NCBI GenBank assembly: GCA_964057225.1
Contig: OZ059896.1
Coordinates: forward strand, 14,880,001-14,944,000
Source of the DNA: Auanema rhodensis
Taxonomy: Eukaryota > Animalia > Nematoda
DNA: 64,000 nt
Direction of reading: 5' to 3'
Shown: positions 1 through 13,408 of the stretch, one piece after another
Layout of the letters: each line of letters starts with the position of its first letter
How positions within the stretch are numbered: the first letter of the stretch is position 1
Made by a program: the position numbers and the translations under genes
The notes under the pieces: generated by a model
The model's input: only the letters and a program-made list of their open reading frames with translations
Told to the model about the DNA's origin: nothing
Databases searched by the model: none

Positions 1-1745
1 CGAAATTCTTTCTGAAACTGTGCACATCCGGGTTATTTTTCTTGTGTGGGATGGAAGGATTAAAATAAAACTGTTGATATCAACGAAATTAACGATGGGA
101 CCATGTATAAAATTAAATTTTAATTAGATTACAATACAATACAAAGTAAAGTTTTTTTATCAAATAAAAAGATATATATTTTTCATATGTATAATACAGA
201 TGACTGTATATGTTGATGAGCATTTGCTATAGTCGTCATGTATGTAATATAAATCATTCAAATTATGAATTTGTCTTAGAAAAATCAATTGAAAAAATCT
301 TCCGATAATACTATAAGCAGAATAATAAAATCGATATTAATTCCAAATATCAGTAAATGATAAATACGTTTGCTTTTAGAAGATAATGTATTTCATGCAT
401 CATTAGATATGCATATAGAAGTCTGAAATATTATATATTAGCTAATGAGTAAGGATGATAAGCTGTTTTTTCTGCAACATTGACACGATTATTAGTATAT
501 AGCGAGAAATATGTGTAAATAGGGAAATTTGTTAAATAAACTATTTTGCAAGATACTAAATTATCAATAAAGATAGATAAGCGATTGAAATACTTTGTTC
601 TGTATACTATGTCTAATTCATGAAATGACTGAACGAACTTTATTGCTAATACTTTGTTGTATACATAGAGTTATACTATTTAAATGAACACAAGTTCACG
701 TTTCGTTAACGTTTATGATCCTCCGCTATGGCTCATTTTCGATCTTTCATGCGCACTAAGCGGTTGAACTTTTATATCACATATGAAAAAGAGAGAATAG
801 GCTTGACAAAATTCGACGAAAATGCAGTGTAAACTTGAACATTTGAAAGAGGCGATGTGTCTAGTAGGAGAAAATTGTAAAATTTTCAATGATATACTGA
901 TGACGATGATATGTAGATGGTGTTGAGATAAGATATTTTCTAAACATTTTCGGGCTAGCATGTAAACATCAAAGTCATAATCGATGAAGCACGAACGCAC
1001 AGAAAGTACAACATTGATTTTCTTTTCTATTTTTACAATCTATGTATATCGGTTTCATAAACTCTTAAACAGTTGTACTATTTGAATCCGGATCATTTTC
1101 CATTTTGTTCATGCATAATATTTATATATCTAACTTTTACTTATATGCCAAAGTAATATATTATATTGATATTTCTTCTGAGTTATTAATATTAAAGAAT
1201 TTTTTCATCCCCAATTTTAAATATATTTACACGACTTTTTTTCGAATTATTATTTTTAAAAAAAGGGTTTTGCGTCGTTATAACATATTATTAACATACC
1301 GTATATGAGCATGTTTTGTTGAATCTAGGATCGTGTACGGCGATTTTTCTCTCCAAATAACAATATGGCAGAATAATTTGGATTTAGAAACAAAAAAATC
1401 TTCTGACTCATACAAAGTGTGTTGAATTAGTAAATGAGAAAAATGAACAAACAATTTGACCATTATGATTTTGTCAACAACAATCTCAGAATTTAATTCG
1501 TCTAAGTCATATTAATACTATCGGAATTACAATATTGACAGACATTGCAAGTTTAGGGAAGTCAAGACATTTAAGTATATTGATTACTTGGTCATTCTCA
1601 TATGATAAACGTGTATTTATGAAAAATTGAATGTACTATTAGATATGTTTATTCAATTAAACAAAAAATATATATTTCACTCATACTAACTGATTAGTTC
1701 TCGATAAAGCTTCACACTGATTCATAGGAATAATCAAAAAGTTCT

Positions 1746-4700
1746 TCAATTTGGAATACCATAAGCTGAAAAGAAAATATGATGATCAAGACGAATATAA
1801 GTTTTCCTACTAGAGTCGATATCAGATACCCAGACGTTGCAATGCGAATCTGGAGCATACGTACTATTGAAGGGGCAGTTGAAAGCACTGCGGAAAGCAG
1901 GGAAGTTCTATAGAATTGGAATGTTGATGAAGTATTAAGTATGTTCATGATACCTGAATAGTTCCGAAAACACGATACTTAGATGGAGAATGGACATCAA
2001 CAAGGATCTGCCTTTGCATGAGATCGTCACGGCGTGTGACTTCACACCAAACCTAAATGTTAAAGTTCTATGTCAAAACAGGTGATATGGTAGAGTACCT
2101 GAGCGAAACTGAGGAAGAAGAGTTGATCAGGTGAGAAGGCTCCAACATCAGGATCATTTAATCTTGGATCTGGTCCATTGAATGAAACATAATTCTTGAA
2201 GGCTCTGTAGGCGGCGTGGATACCTACATAAATTAACATTTATCAAGTTACATGTATGTTCTTGGAGCGCTGAAAATTACCTCCATTATCGGCAATGTTT
2301 TCTCCTTGTGTTTGTGATCCATCAATACAGGCACTTTTTCCGTATACGGTTGCATTCAAAGGACAGAAATTAGAATATTCATCAATGACACATTGAGCCA
2401 TTTTTTGGAATCCGGCTTTAGACGTTTCATCGTTCATCCAACTGTAACAAACATTCATTAGTTTTCATTTTTATTTAATGAACAAAAATACTTTATTAAA
2501 ACTCCAGTGGCGTCCCATTGAACTCCGGCGTCATCGAATCCGTGAGTCAACTCGTGACCTTTAAAATTTCTTAAATATCGTAATCTATCTTCATCTTACC
2601 GGCAATAACTCCCATTCCTCCAAAGTTAACAGAAGCGGGCCAATTGTAGTCATAGAATGGTGGATGAAGAATACCAAGTGGGAAAGTGATTGAGTTAAGC
2701 TCATCCTAAGGTTCTTCTTTAGCAATCAATACCACTGAAGTTATGTACCTGATACCAAGCATTGGTGGTTCCTGGTGGTCCAGCAAAATCGGCTCTATCA
2801 TAACTAGTTCTATTCAAGTATTGCCATGTTTCATAAAGAGAGAAGGTATTGATCTTATCAACAAGGTCAAAGTAACTATCATCATCTTCGAAGTTTAATG
2901 TCTGTATAAATAGAGCTTTAGGAGGGGAGATCATTGAGTTTATCCGAATACCGCGTGGTAAGCATCAAGTAACGTATCATTAACGATAAAATCTGGGTAA
3001 GCCATGTTCTTGGTCAATTTTTCAATCTTTTGATAGGCGCCAGCCTTAGATGTGCTGGACATCCATCCGAGTTGATCAATCATCGAACGCATACCTTCAT
3101 ATAAGTTTAGTTATTTGAGTTCTGAGATCAAAACACGTACCGACTAGGATGCTATTTGCGATTTTGGCAACATGTTCTCTCATTGGTCCACGAGTGTCAT
3201 GGTCAGGATATTTTTGATCAAGAAGGACACGGGCGTTGGCGTACTAAAATTAGAACAATAGCCTTAACAGCTTTCATGATATGTTCCGGTATGTCTCATA
3301 TAAAACTAAGAATACTTACTTGAAGGTTCATAGTCTCAGCAGCACATATCATAGTTGCATCATCATCACTCACTTCTTGTTTGCGTTCTGGAAAAGGAGT
3401 AGTGTACTATAAGCTAATGGTAATTATTTATATTTGATTTTCAGAGAATGCCATTCAGAGTATTTCTGTTTTTTAGCCTTTTCTCAACTTTCATTATAAT
3501 CTGTTTGAAGTTATCAGACACGGACTTTTTGAAGATAATATGATGATCAGAAAGTCGTAAAAGTATATTTCATCAATTATGTAAGAATGATGGGCGATGA
3601 TGTTACCTGGAATGATTCCTGATCTTCTTGGCTTTTTTGGTGCAGCGATAGGTCTCTGGATAAGTTTGAACTGCTGCATAATATCAAGGATTCAATTAGT
3701 TTTGGTGTCTATTCCAATAAATACCGTATTATCCTGTGGAAGATAGCCTCGGAAGTTACGAACGGATGTATAGTAGATGTAATTGATGAGTGTGTTGGGA
3801 GTTATATCTAGAGATAAGATTTTATTATAGTTAAACTAAATTTTATTATAATCATACTTTGATTGTTCGTGGCAGTTAAAGCTTTAAGCAACTTATCAAG
3901 TTGATTACTTTCCATAACATTAAACGTAGTTGCGTCCTGATGAACGATTTGCATAGCATCATTAGATGTTTGGACAACCTGAAAGGCAAATGGTTCAGTA
4001 TTTTAATTATAGAATATTTGTAAGTTCTCACAAATGGAATGAATGTGTACCAGCTAAGTGCGGGGAAAGTTGCGTTCAATGCTTTCAAAGTTTTTAAGTT
4101 CACGCTTCTGGTATAGTTTCTTCTACTAGTATCATCAGTACTGAATTGGAGAGCTAATTTAGAATCAAAGTCAGCAAGGTCTCCAGCATCCTTTTCAAGC
4201 TGTGCTTGGTTAAGTACAATATTTTGAGTTTTAGCGTACGCATTCATGGTAAGGATAATTTCTTTTGTAACCCTGAAAAGAAAATGTTTCAGATGTATAT
4301 AAACTACCATACTATTGCTTACTGTTTTTTAGTGTTGTCCAGATTTTTGATGTAATAAGTGTTTGGGAAAAAGGTAGTGGGCTGATCAATTATCATTCGG
4401 TATCCCTTGGTAGGATTCTCCCACTTAGTATCCGTGTATGCAGATACTAAGGTGCTGACTCCCCACGTTCCCAATGGAAGGCCTTCAACAAGAATTGTAT
4501 AACACTCAAGTATGCAATCTAAAGAATGTCACCAAGCAAATATCCAAGTCCTATATTGGTTGGAAAATCTGTAATGGATGCGCTTTGATTAAGCATAGGG
4601 AACTCAAATTGAGTTTGCTTGAGATATTCTGGATGAGATGGGGTAGAAAAACCTAAAGTAAGTGTTTCATTTCCAATCTGGAAAAGGTGAAAGCAAACCT

Positions 4701-6569
4701 GATTTTATGGTATCGATAACTTTTTTCACAATGGATCCACTTATAATTTCAGGAAGTTTAACCCAATTCTTTTGGGCTTCTACACACTTGTCATAGTACT
4801 TGAAGATATTTTTCATTGTCTTTGATGTCTAAGAACATATTAAGCTTAGAACATACAATACAACTTATTTACCTGATTATTACGATATTTGTCGCTAGAC
4901 AATCCTTGTTTCATTAATAATGTGTTTTGGTTATCAGACTTAACAAAACTCATATCTCCACTGAACTTTGAACAGGTGTACTCGTAGAAGTTGTTACATG
5001 GATCTTTGGAAAGATCCAATCCTTGTCTAGAAAGCATTAATTAATGAGTTCATCATGAAGATAAACTTACTTGAAGATACTGATAACATTCTGGTAGCTA
5101 CTGAATCTAGGATCACTTTGAGAAATTGTAGGATTGATGGGTACATTAACAGCCAATGCTATAAGAACAGTTCTTTGATGATGACGAAATGATCTGTTTT
5201 CTATGTATTTGTAGTAAATTATTTTGAAGAGTTAAATAGAAATTCTAAATTAAAGTCTCCAAATCCTTTTGAATTTTTGAAGTTTAATGTTGTATGCTAT
5301 GAATTTATCAATAGTTTTGATTTTATAAAATAAGCAGAATATTTAATCTGTATGAGTCTAAATGAAGTGCAGTTTATGAATGATATGAATGATTTAGAAT
5401 AAATATATTATAATTAAATTTAATCAAAAGTACATCAAAAAATTCACTAAAACAAGATATTGCAGGGTAAACATCCCCAAACCCCCTGTTCTGAAAGGTA
5501 TGTCTCCCTCCGATTTAAAATTATACAGATTGCCGAAAGTATGCACCATTTTGCAAAATGGGCGGGGCTACCGGGGGGGGGGGGCCTGAGAGAACTGCAC
5601 TAGAGTCCATATTTTTTATCTTTTAAAGTCGATTAATTATTGTCCCAAGTACATTGTTATGATAATTAGCTTACAGCTTATTTTAAAGTACTGGTTTATA
5701 TATTTTGTACACGAATCATCTTACTTATAATAATATCTGTACTACACGCTTTTCACAAAAAAAGTTACGGTATGTTGTATGGGACAGATTGTCATTATCC
5801 ATCTTGTGGTGGATAAAAAGCAATGTCAGCAAAACTATAACAGAAAAGAAGAGGCCGTATCTAACTAATGGCATTACTGTGGTTCGAAGTTCACAATTGA
5901 GACTTTGAAAGATAATTGGATATTATCAGTATTGTTCGTTTATCAATTGCAGAAAGCGTAAGAAGGGGGTGAAATAGTTATCAATGTTTCGAACTGCTCA
6001 AGAGGTTAAAAAACCTCTCAAGGGGATACGTATTGTGAAATATTATAAAGAGCTAGTCAAAAAAAAGATTTGAAATAAAAAGAAGGAACATAAGGTAATA
6101 TGTTTTTATAAATTAGAACTTTGAAAACAGCTCACTAACCTGGCTCAACAAAAACAAAAGAAGTATTATAAACGGTCTGAGTAGTGTTATATACTGTACT
6201 ATTGTATACAGTACTATTATATATATAACTGTTACTGGTGTTGTAGGTTGTTATAGTATTTCCTGGATTCGTTGATCCGTTAATATTAATATTTATCGGA
6301 CTAAGACGGGAATTATTCTGGTTTTGGATGTTCACTGAAGTAACAAGGGTGGCAATACCAACGCCAAGAATAGCTAAACAAGCTATAAACAGCACGCCCT
6401 GAAATTAGCTCGATTGAGAAAATTCAAATAAAATCAAAATAGGAAGTCATAGTTAATTCTGTAGTTATGAAACTTTGCTACCATGACATGAACTAGGAAG
6501 GATTCGCCAGAGAACTCAAGGTGGGAAACTTACTTGTACGGCTGCCTGAAGGTGACCTGAAGAGGGCAT
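1746..6569 (-). CDS. M13 family zinc metallopeptidase (neprilysin-like, type II membrane), multi-exon, tandem copy 1
   Basis: Spliced minus-strand exons give [12 protein letters not shown]|[19 protein letters not shown] (signal anchor), an N/S/T-rich stalk, [25 protein letters not shown] (HExxH, ~2530-2560), GENIADNGG and C-terminal FNCP...CNVW. The stop is at ~1746. Internal exon boundaries are approximate. Confidence 0.93.
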
Positions 6570-7162
6570 GATCAGCCTACTTCTGAGGCTGTAGCGCCAG
6601 AATGTAAAACTATGGAACTGATAAGACCAACGTGGATTAAATTATTATTGATAAGTAAAGATAGTGCAGAGAAAATCGAGTGATTAGTCTTACTGATTAA
6701 GTCGCTTATTTCTAATTTCAACTCAAATAAGTTTGTGATAAAAGATCATTCAGTTACTTGTCGCTGTTTCATTATAACAATTCAAATATGATTCTTTGGC
6801 AAAAATACTCATTGATGATATGTTCGATACAAAGTGTGTTGAATTAGTAAATGAGAAAAATGAACAAACAATTTGACCATTATGATTTTGTCAACAACAA
6901 TCTCAGAATTTAATTCGTCTAAGTCATATTAATACTATCGGAATTACAATATTGACAGACATTGCAAGTTTAGGGAAGTCAAGACATTTAAGTATATTGA
7001 TTACTTGGTCATTCTCATATGATAAACGTGTATTTATGAAAAATTGAATGTACTATTAGATATGTTTATTCAATTAAACAAAAAATATATATTTCACTCA
7101 TACTAACTGATTAGTTCTCGATAAAGCTTCACACTGATTCATAGGAATAATCAAAAAGTTCT

Positions 7163-10100
7163 TCAATTTGGAATACCATAAGCTGAAAAGAAAATATGAT
7201 GATCAAGACGAATATAAGTTTTCCTACTAGAGTCGATATCAGATACCCAGACGTTGCAATGCGAATCTGGAGCATACGTACTATTGAAGGGGCAGTTGAA
7301 AGCACTGCGGAAAGCAGGGAAGTTCTATAGAATTGGAATGTTGATGAAGTATTAAGTATGTTCATGATACCTGAATAGTTCCGAAAACACGATACTTAGA
7401 TGGAGAATGGACATCAACAAGGATCTGCCTTTGCATGAGATCGTCACGACGTGTGACTTCACACCAAACCTAAATGTTAAAGTTCTATGTCAAAACAGGT
7501 GATATGGTAGAGTACCTGAGCGAAACTGAGGAAGAAGAGTTGATCAGGTGAGAAGGCTCCAACATCAGGATCATTTAATCTTGGATCTGGTCCATTGAAT
7601 GAAACATAATTCTTGAAGGCTCTGTAGGCGGCGTGGATACCTACATAAATTAACATTTATCAAGTTACATGTATGTTCTTGGAGCGCTGAAAATTACCTC
7701 CATTATCGGCAATGTTTTCTCCTTGTGTTTGTGATCCATCAATACAGGCACTTTTTCCGTATACGGTTGCATTCAAAGGACAGAAATTAGAATATTCATC
7801 AATGACACATTGAGCCATTTTTTGGAATCCGGCTTTAGACGTTTCATCGTTCATCCAACTGTAACAAACATTCATTAGTTTTCATTTTTATTTAATGAAC
7901 AAAAATACTTTATTAAAACTCCAGTGGCGTCCCATTGAACTCCGGCGTCATCGAATCCGTGAGTCAACTCGTGACCTTTAAAATTTCTTAAATATCGTAA
8001 TCTATCTTCATCTTACCGGCAATAACTCCCATTCCTCCAAAGTTAACAGAAGCGGGCCAATTGTAGTCATAGAATGGTGGATGAAGAATACCAAGTGGGA
8101 AAGTGATTGAGTTAAGCTCATCCTAAGGTTCTTCTTTAGCAATCAATACCACTGAAGTTATGTACCTGATACCAAGCATTGGTGGTTCCTGGTGGTCCAG
8201 CAAAATCGGCTCTATCATAACTAGTTCTATTCAAGTATTGCCATGTTTCATAAAGAGAGAAGGTATTGATCTTATCAACAAGGTCAAAGTAACTATCATC
8301 ATCTTCGAAGTTTAATGTCTGTATAAATAGAGCTTTAGGAGGGGAGATCATTGAGTTTATCCGAATACCGCGTGGTAAGCATCAAGTAACGTATCATTAA
8401 CGATAAAATCTGGGTAAGCCATGTTCTTGGTCAATTTTTCAATCTTTTGATAGGCGCCAGCCTTAGATGTGCTGGACATCCATCCGAGTTGATCAATCAT
8501 CGAACGCATACCTTCATATAAGTTTAGTTATTTGAGTTCTGAGATCAAAACACGTACCGACTAGGATGCTATTTGCGATTTTGGCAACATGTTCTCTCAT
8601 TGGTCCACGAGTGTCATGGTCAGGATATTTTTGATCAAGAAGGACACGGGCGTTGGCGTACTAAAATTAGAACAATAGCCTTAACAGCTTTCATGATATG
8701 TTCCGGTATGTCTCATATAAAACTAAGAATACTTACTTGAAGGTTCATAGTCTCAGCAGCACATATCATAGTTGCATCATCATCACTCACTTCTTGTTTG
8801 CGTTCTGGAAAAGGAGTAGTGTACTATAAGCTAATGGTAATTATTTATATTTGATTTTCAGAGAATGCCATTCAGAGTATTTCTGTTTTTTAGCCTTTTC
8901 TCAACTTTCATTATAATCTGTTTGAAGTTATCAGACACGGACTTTTTGAAGATAATATGATGATCAGAAAGTCGTAAAAGTATATTTCATCAATTATGTA
9001 AGAATGATGGGCGATGATGTTACCTGGAATGATTCCTGATCTTCTTGGCTTTTTTGGTGCAGCGATAGGTCTCTGGATAAGTTTGAACTGCTGCATAATA
9101 TCAAGGATTCAATTAGTTTTTGTGTCTATTCCAATAAATACCGTATTATCCTGTGGAAGATAGCCTCGGAAGTTACGAACGGATGTATAGTAGATGTAAT
9201 TGATGAGTGTGTTGGGAGTTATATCTAGAGATAAGATTTTATTATAGTTAAACTAAATTTTATTATAATCATACTTTGATTGTTCGTGGCAGTTAAAGCT
9301 TTAAGCAACTTATCAAGTTGATTACTTTCCATAACATTAAACGTAGTTGCGTCCTGATGAACGATTTGCATAGCATCATTAGATGTTTGGACAACCTGAA
9401 AGGCAAATGGTTCAGTATTTTAATTATAGAATATTTGTAAGTTCTCACAAATGGAATGAATGTGTACCAGCTAAGTGCGGGGAAAGTTGCGTTCAATGCT
9501 TTCAAAGTTTTTAAGTTCACGCTTCTGGTATAGTTTCTTCTACTAGTATCATCAGTACTGAATTGGAGAGCTAATTTAGAATCAAAGTCAGCAAGGTCTC
9601 CAGCATCCTTTTCAAGCTGTGCTTGGTTAAGTACAATATTTTGAGTTTTAGCGTACGCATTCATGGTAAGGATAATTTCTTTTGTAACCCTGAAAAGAAA
9701 ATGTTTCAGATGTATATAAACTACCATACTATTGCTTACTGTTTTTTAGTGTTGTCCAGATTTTTGATGTAATAAGTGTTTGGGAAAAAGGTAGTGGGCT
9801 GATCAATTATCATTCGGTATCCCTTGGTAGGATTCTCCCACTTAGTATCCGTGTATGCAGATACTAAGGTGCTGACTCCCCACGTTCCCAATGGAAGGCC
9901 TTCAACAAGAATTGTATAACACTCAAGTATGCAATCTAAAGAATGTCACCAAGCAAATATCCAAGTCCTATATTGGTTGGAAAATCTGTAATGGATGCGC
10001 TTTGATTAAGCATAGGGAACTCAAATTGAGTTTGCTTGAGATATTCTGGATGAGATGGGGTAGAAAAACCTAAAGTAAGTGTTTCATTTCCAATCTGGAA

Positions 10101-11518
10101 AAGGTGAAAGCAAACCTGATTTTATGGTATCGATAACTTTTTTCACAATGGATCCACTTATAATTTCAGGAAGTTTAACCCAATTCTTTTGGGCTTCTAC
10201 ACACTTGTCATAGTACTTGAAGATATTTTTCATTGTCTTTGATGTCTAAGAACATATTAAGCTTAGAACATACAATACAACTTATTTACCTGATTATTAC
10301 GATATTTGTCGCTAGACAATCCTTGTTTCATTAATAATGTGTTTTGGTTATCAGACTTAACAAAACTCATATCTCCACTGAACTTTGAACAGGTGTACTC
10401 GTAGAAGTTGTTACATGGATCTTTGGAAAAATCCAATCCTTGTCTAGAAAGCATTAATTAATGAGTTCATCATGAAGATAAACTTACTTGAAGATACTGA
10501 TAACATTCTGGTAGCTACTGAATCTAGGATCACTTTGAGAAATTGTAGGATTGATGGGTACATTAACAGCCAATGCTATAAGAACAGTTCTTTGATGATG
10601 ACGAAATGATCTGTTTTCTATGTATTTGTAGTAAATTATTTTGAAGAGTTGAAGAGTACACGAATCATCTTACTTATAATAATATCTGTACTACACGCTT
10701 TTCACAAAAAAAGTTACGGTATGTTGTATGGGACAGATTGTCATTATCCATCTTGTGGTGGATAAAAAGCAATGTCAGCAAAACTATAACAGAAAAGAAG
10801 AGGCCGTATCTAACTAATGGCATTACTGTGGTTCGAAGTTCACAATTGAGACTTTGAAAGATAATTGGATATTATCAGTATTGTTCGTTTATCAATTGCA
10901 GAAAGCGTAAGAAGGGGGTGAAATAGTTATCAATGTTTCGAACTGCTCAAGAGGTTAAAAAACCTCTCAAGGGGATACGTATTGTGAAATATTATAAAGA
11001 GCTAGTCAAAAAAAAGATTTGAAATAAAAAGAAGGAACATAAGGTAATATGTTTTTATAAATTAGAACTTTGAAAACAGCTCACTAACCTGGCTCAACAA
11101 AAACAAAAGAAGTATTATAAACGGTCTGAGTAGTGTTATATACTGTACTATTGTATACAGTACCATTATATATATAACTGTTAATGGTGTTGTAGTTTGT
11201 TATAGTATTTCCTGGATTCGTTGATCCGTTAATATTAATATTTATCGGACTAAGACGGGAATTATTCTGGTTTTGGATGTTCACTGAAGTAACAAGGGTG
11301 GCAATACCAACGCCAAGAATAGCTAAACAAGCTATAAACAGCACGCCCTGAAATTAGCTCGATTGAGAAAATTCAAATAAAATCAAAATAGGAAGTCATA
11401 GTCAATTCTGAAGTTATGAAACTTTGCTACCATGACATGAACTAGGAAGGATTCGCCAGAGAACTCAAGGTGGGAAACTTACTTGTACGGCTGCCTGAAG
11501 GCGACCTGAGGAGGGCAT
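7163..11518 (-). CDS. M13 family zinc metallopeptidase (neprilysin-like), multi-exon, tandem copy 2
   Basis: Same exons and motifs as copy 1 at offset +5417 (+4949 beyond an intronic indel). It starts [12 protein letters not shown]. Confidence 0.93.
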
Positions 11519-13408
11519 GATCAGCCTACTTCTGAGGCTGTAGCGCCAGAATGTATAAGTATGAAACTGATAATAGCAACATATATTCACTTTTATTTTA
11601 ATAAGTAGAGATAGTGCAGAGAAAATCCAGCGATTAGTCTTTAAGTCGCTTATTTCTAATTTCAACTCAAATAAGTTTGTGATAAAAGATCATTCAGTTA
11701 CTTGTCGCTGTTTCATTATAACAATTCAAATATGATTCTTTGGCAAAAATACTCATTGATGATATCTTTCATATATGATACCCGGTTAGGATGACCGTTA
11801 CAGTATGAAACTGCTTGTTAGAACTGATATGTATGCATCTTGTAATTAGTCAAAGGGTAATGGTAATCATCGAATCTTTGTATGTGCTGCATTAGTCAGT
11901 AGTACGTGGTGTAGCTTTTAAAGATAAAACTCATATTGTACGCATTATTCAACTCTGGCTATTAAAATTACAGCAAAAAATTATAAAAATAGAAGTTCAT
12001 GTGTACACAATTAGTAATTGTCAAAGTTTTTATTAGGAAAACCTTTTAAAGTTTATAGTTCATACCTTAAAAGGTCATAACTTTTTCATTATTTACATAT
12101 AACAGTAAAGCGTAGAGTGTTCACGTCTTTTATGTGACAATGGCTTCTGTCTTCTCACTTCATTTGTTATATAAGTGTAGTACTGAAACGATTGTACATG
12201 AAGTCACTAGTTCAACTTTAAGTTCATCACCCCTATCTAATTACTTTACATGTTTTATAGTGCATAACACATAGTTATTAGATTATTTTTGTATTTATTC
12301 AATTTTTTAATCATTTCTAAGTGCTTATTTGAATAGAAAAATGGATAAAATTCTACTTTATCAGATGATATTTTAAAATGAAATCATATCCGTATATGAT
12401 TCATGATACATATTTATAAGCCTGTATGTTCCTACACAATTTATCATTATATAACAATATTTAGTTCACCTCATATATTCTCTTGTCGTCTTTTCGTTAG
12501 TCTTGACAATGAATGAAAGATAAGAAAATGTGTAAGTTATAGTCTGTATACATTATAAATAATTTTTGTCATTCAGCATATATATACATGTATATATATA
12601 TGTGTGAATGGGGAGAAAGAAACTCTATATTTCTATAATATTTCTCAAATTTAAAAGTTTTAAAATCAGTTAAAACACAATTTAAGCTGTTTAATGATAA
12701 TCTCCAACTATCGCTCTATCAGCACTTGTTATTGATCATTTAGTTCCAACTTATTTCACGACATTTATCTATTTTTAAAGATACGAGAATCAAAAAAAAA
12801 GCTAAAAATCGACTAATGATACTCTATAACAGATTAGAAACTAGAAGCTAGTTGGGTGGAAGTCAGTGGGATACTGTTTTCCAAACGTTATGTATGTATG
12901 TGCGAAATTTGCTAAAATAATCTGTAGCTTGAGAACTATAAACTGTAATTAACGCATAAATAAGTTTTAAAATTTCAATCTATTATTATCTATTCAATCG
13001 CAATAGTTCCAAGAAGGTTTTGAATAAATTTCGATCTCAAATTCACTGAAAACAAACATTGACACCTGTAAAACTTATAAGAAAAATACTTTTTCTTTAA
13101 CTTTTGACAACATCTGATTATGATAAGACTGAATAGATTCTTCATACAAAGTCAATAAAGAAATTATTTTATGAGTACGGTATGCTGGATCAATATACAC
13201 AACGACGAAATCACACACAATCGACGTTTCGGCGCCAGACAGGTGAATGACTGATGAACCTTCAGAACGTCAATGAACATTTTTTCTCGGAAAATTAATC
13301 ATCTGGCTTTTGCTTGAAATATTTTTTTTTCTTCTGCTTCTTACTTTGCGAAAATAAATTTTTTTCAGATTTTTTATATTAATTATGATATTATACTGAT
13401 TTGAAAAA

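Larger units (their letters stand above)
1410..11765. repeat. Head-to-tail tandem segmental duplication (1410-6821 and 6827-11765) with 5-bp filler GTTCG at the junction
   Basis: ATACAAAGTGTGTTGAATTAG starts at both 1410 and 6827. ...ACTCATTGATGATAT ends at both 6821 and 11765. ORF-track entries repeat with offsets 5417 and 4949. Confidence 0.95.

Noticed and set aside
713-1463. Short ORFs at the window start
   Set aside because: Low-complexity AT-rich translations with no motifs or splice support.
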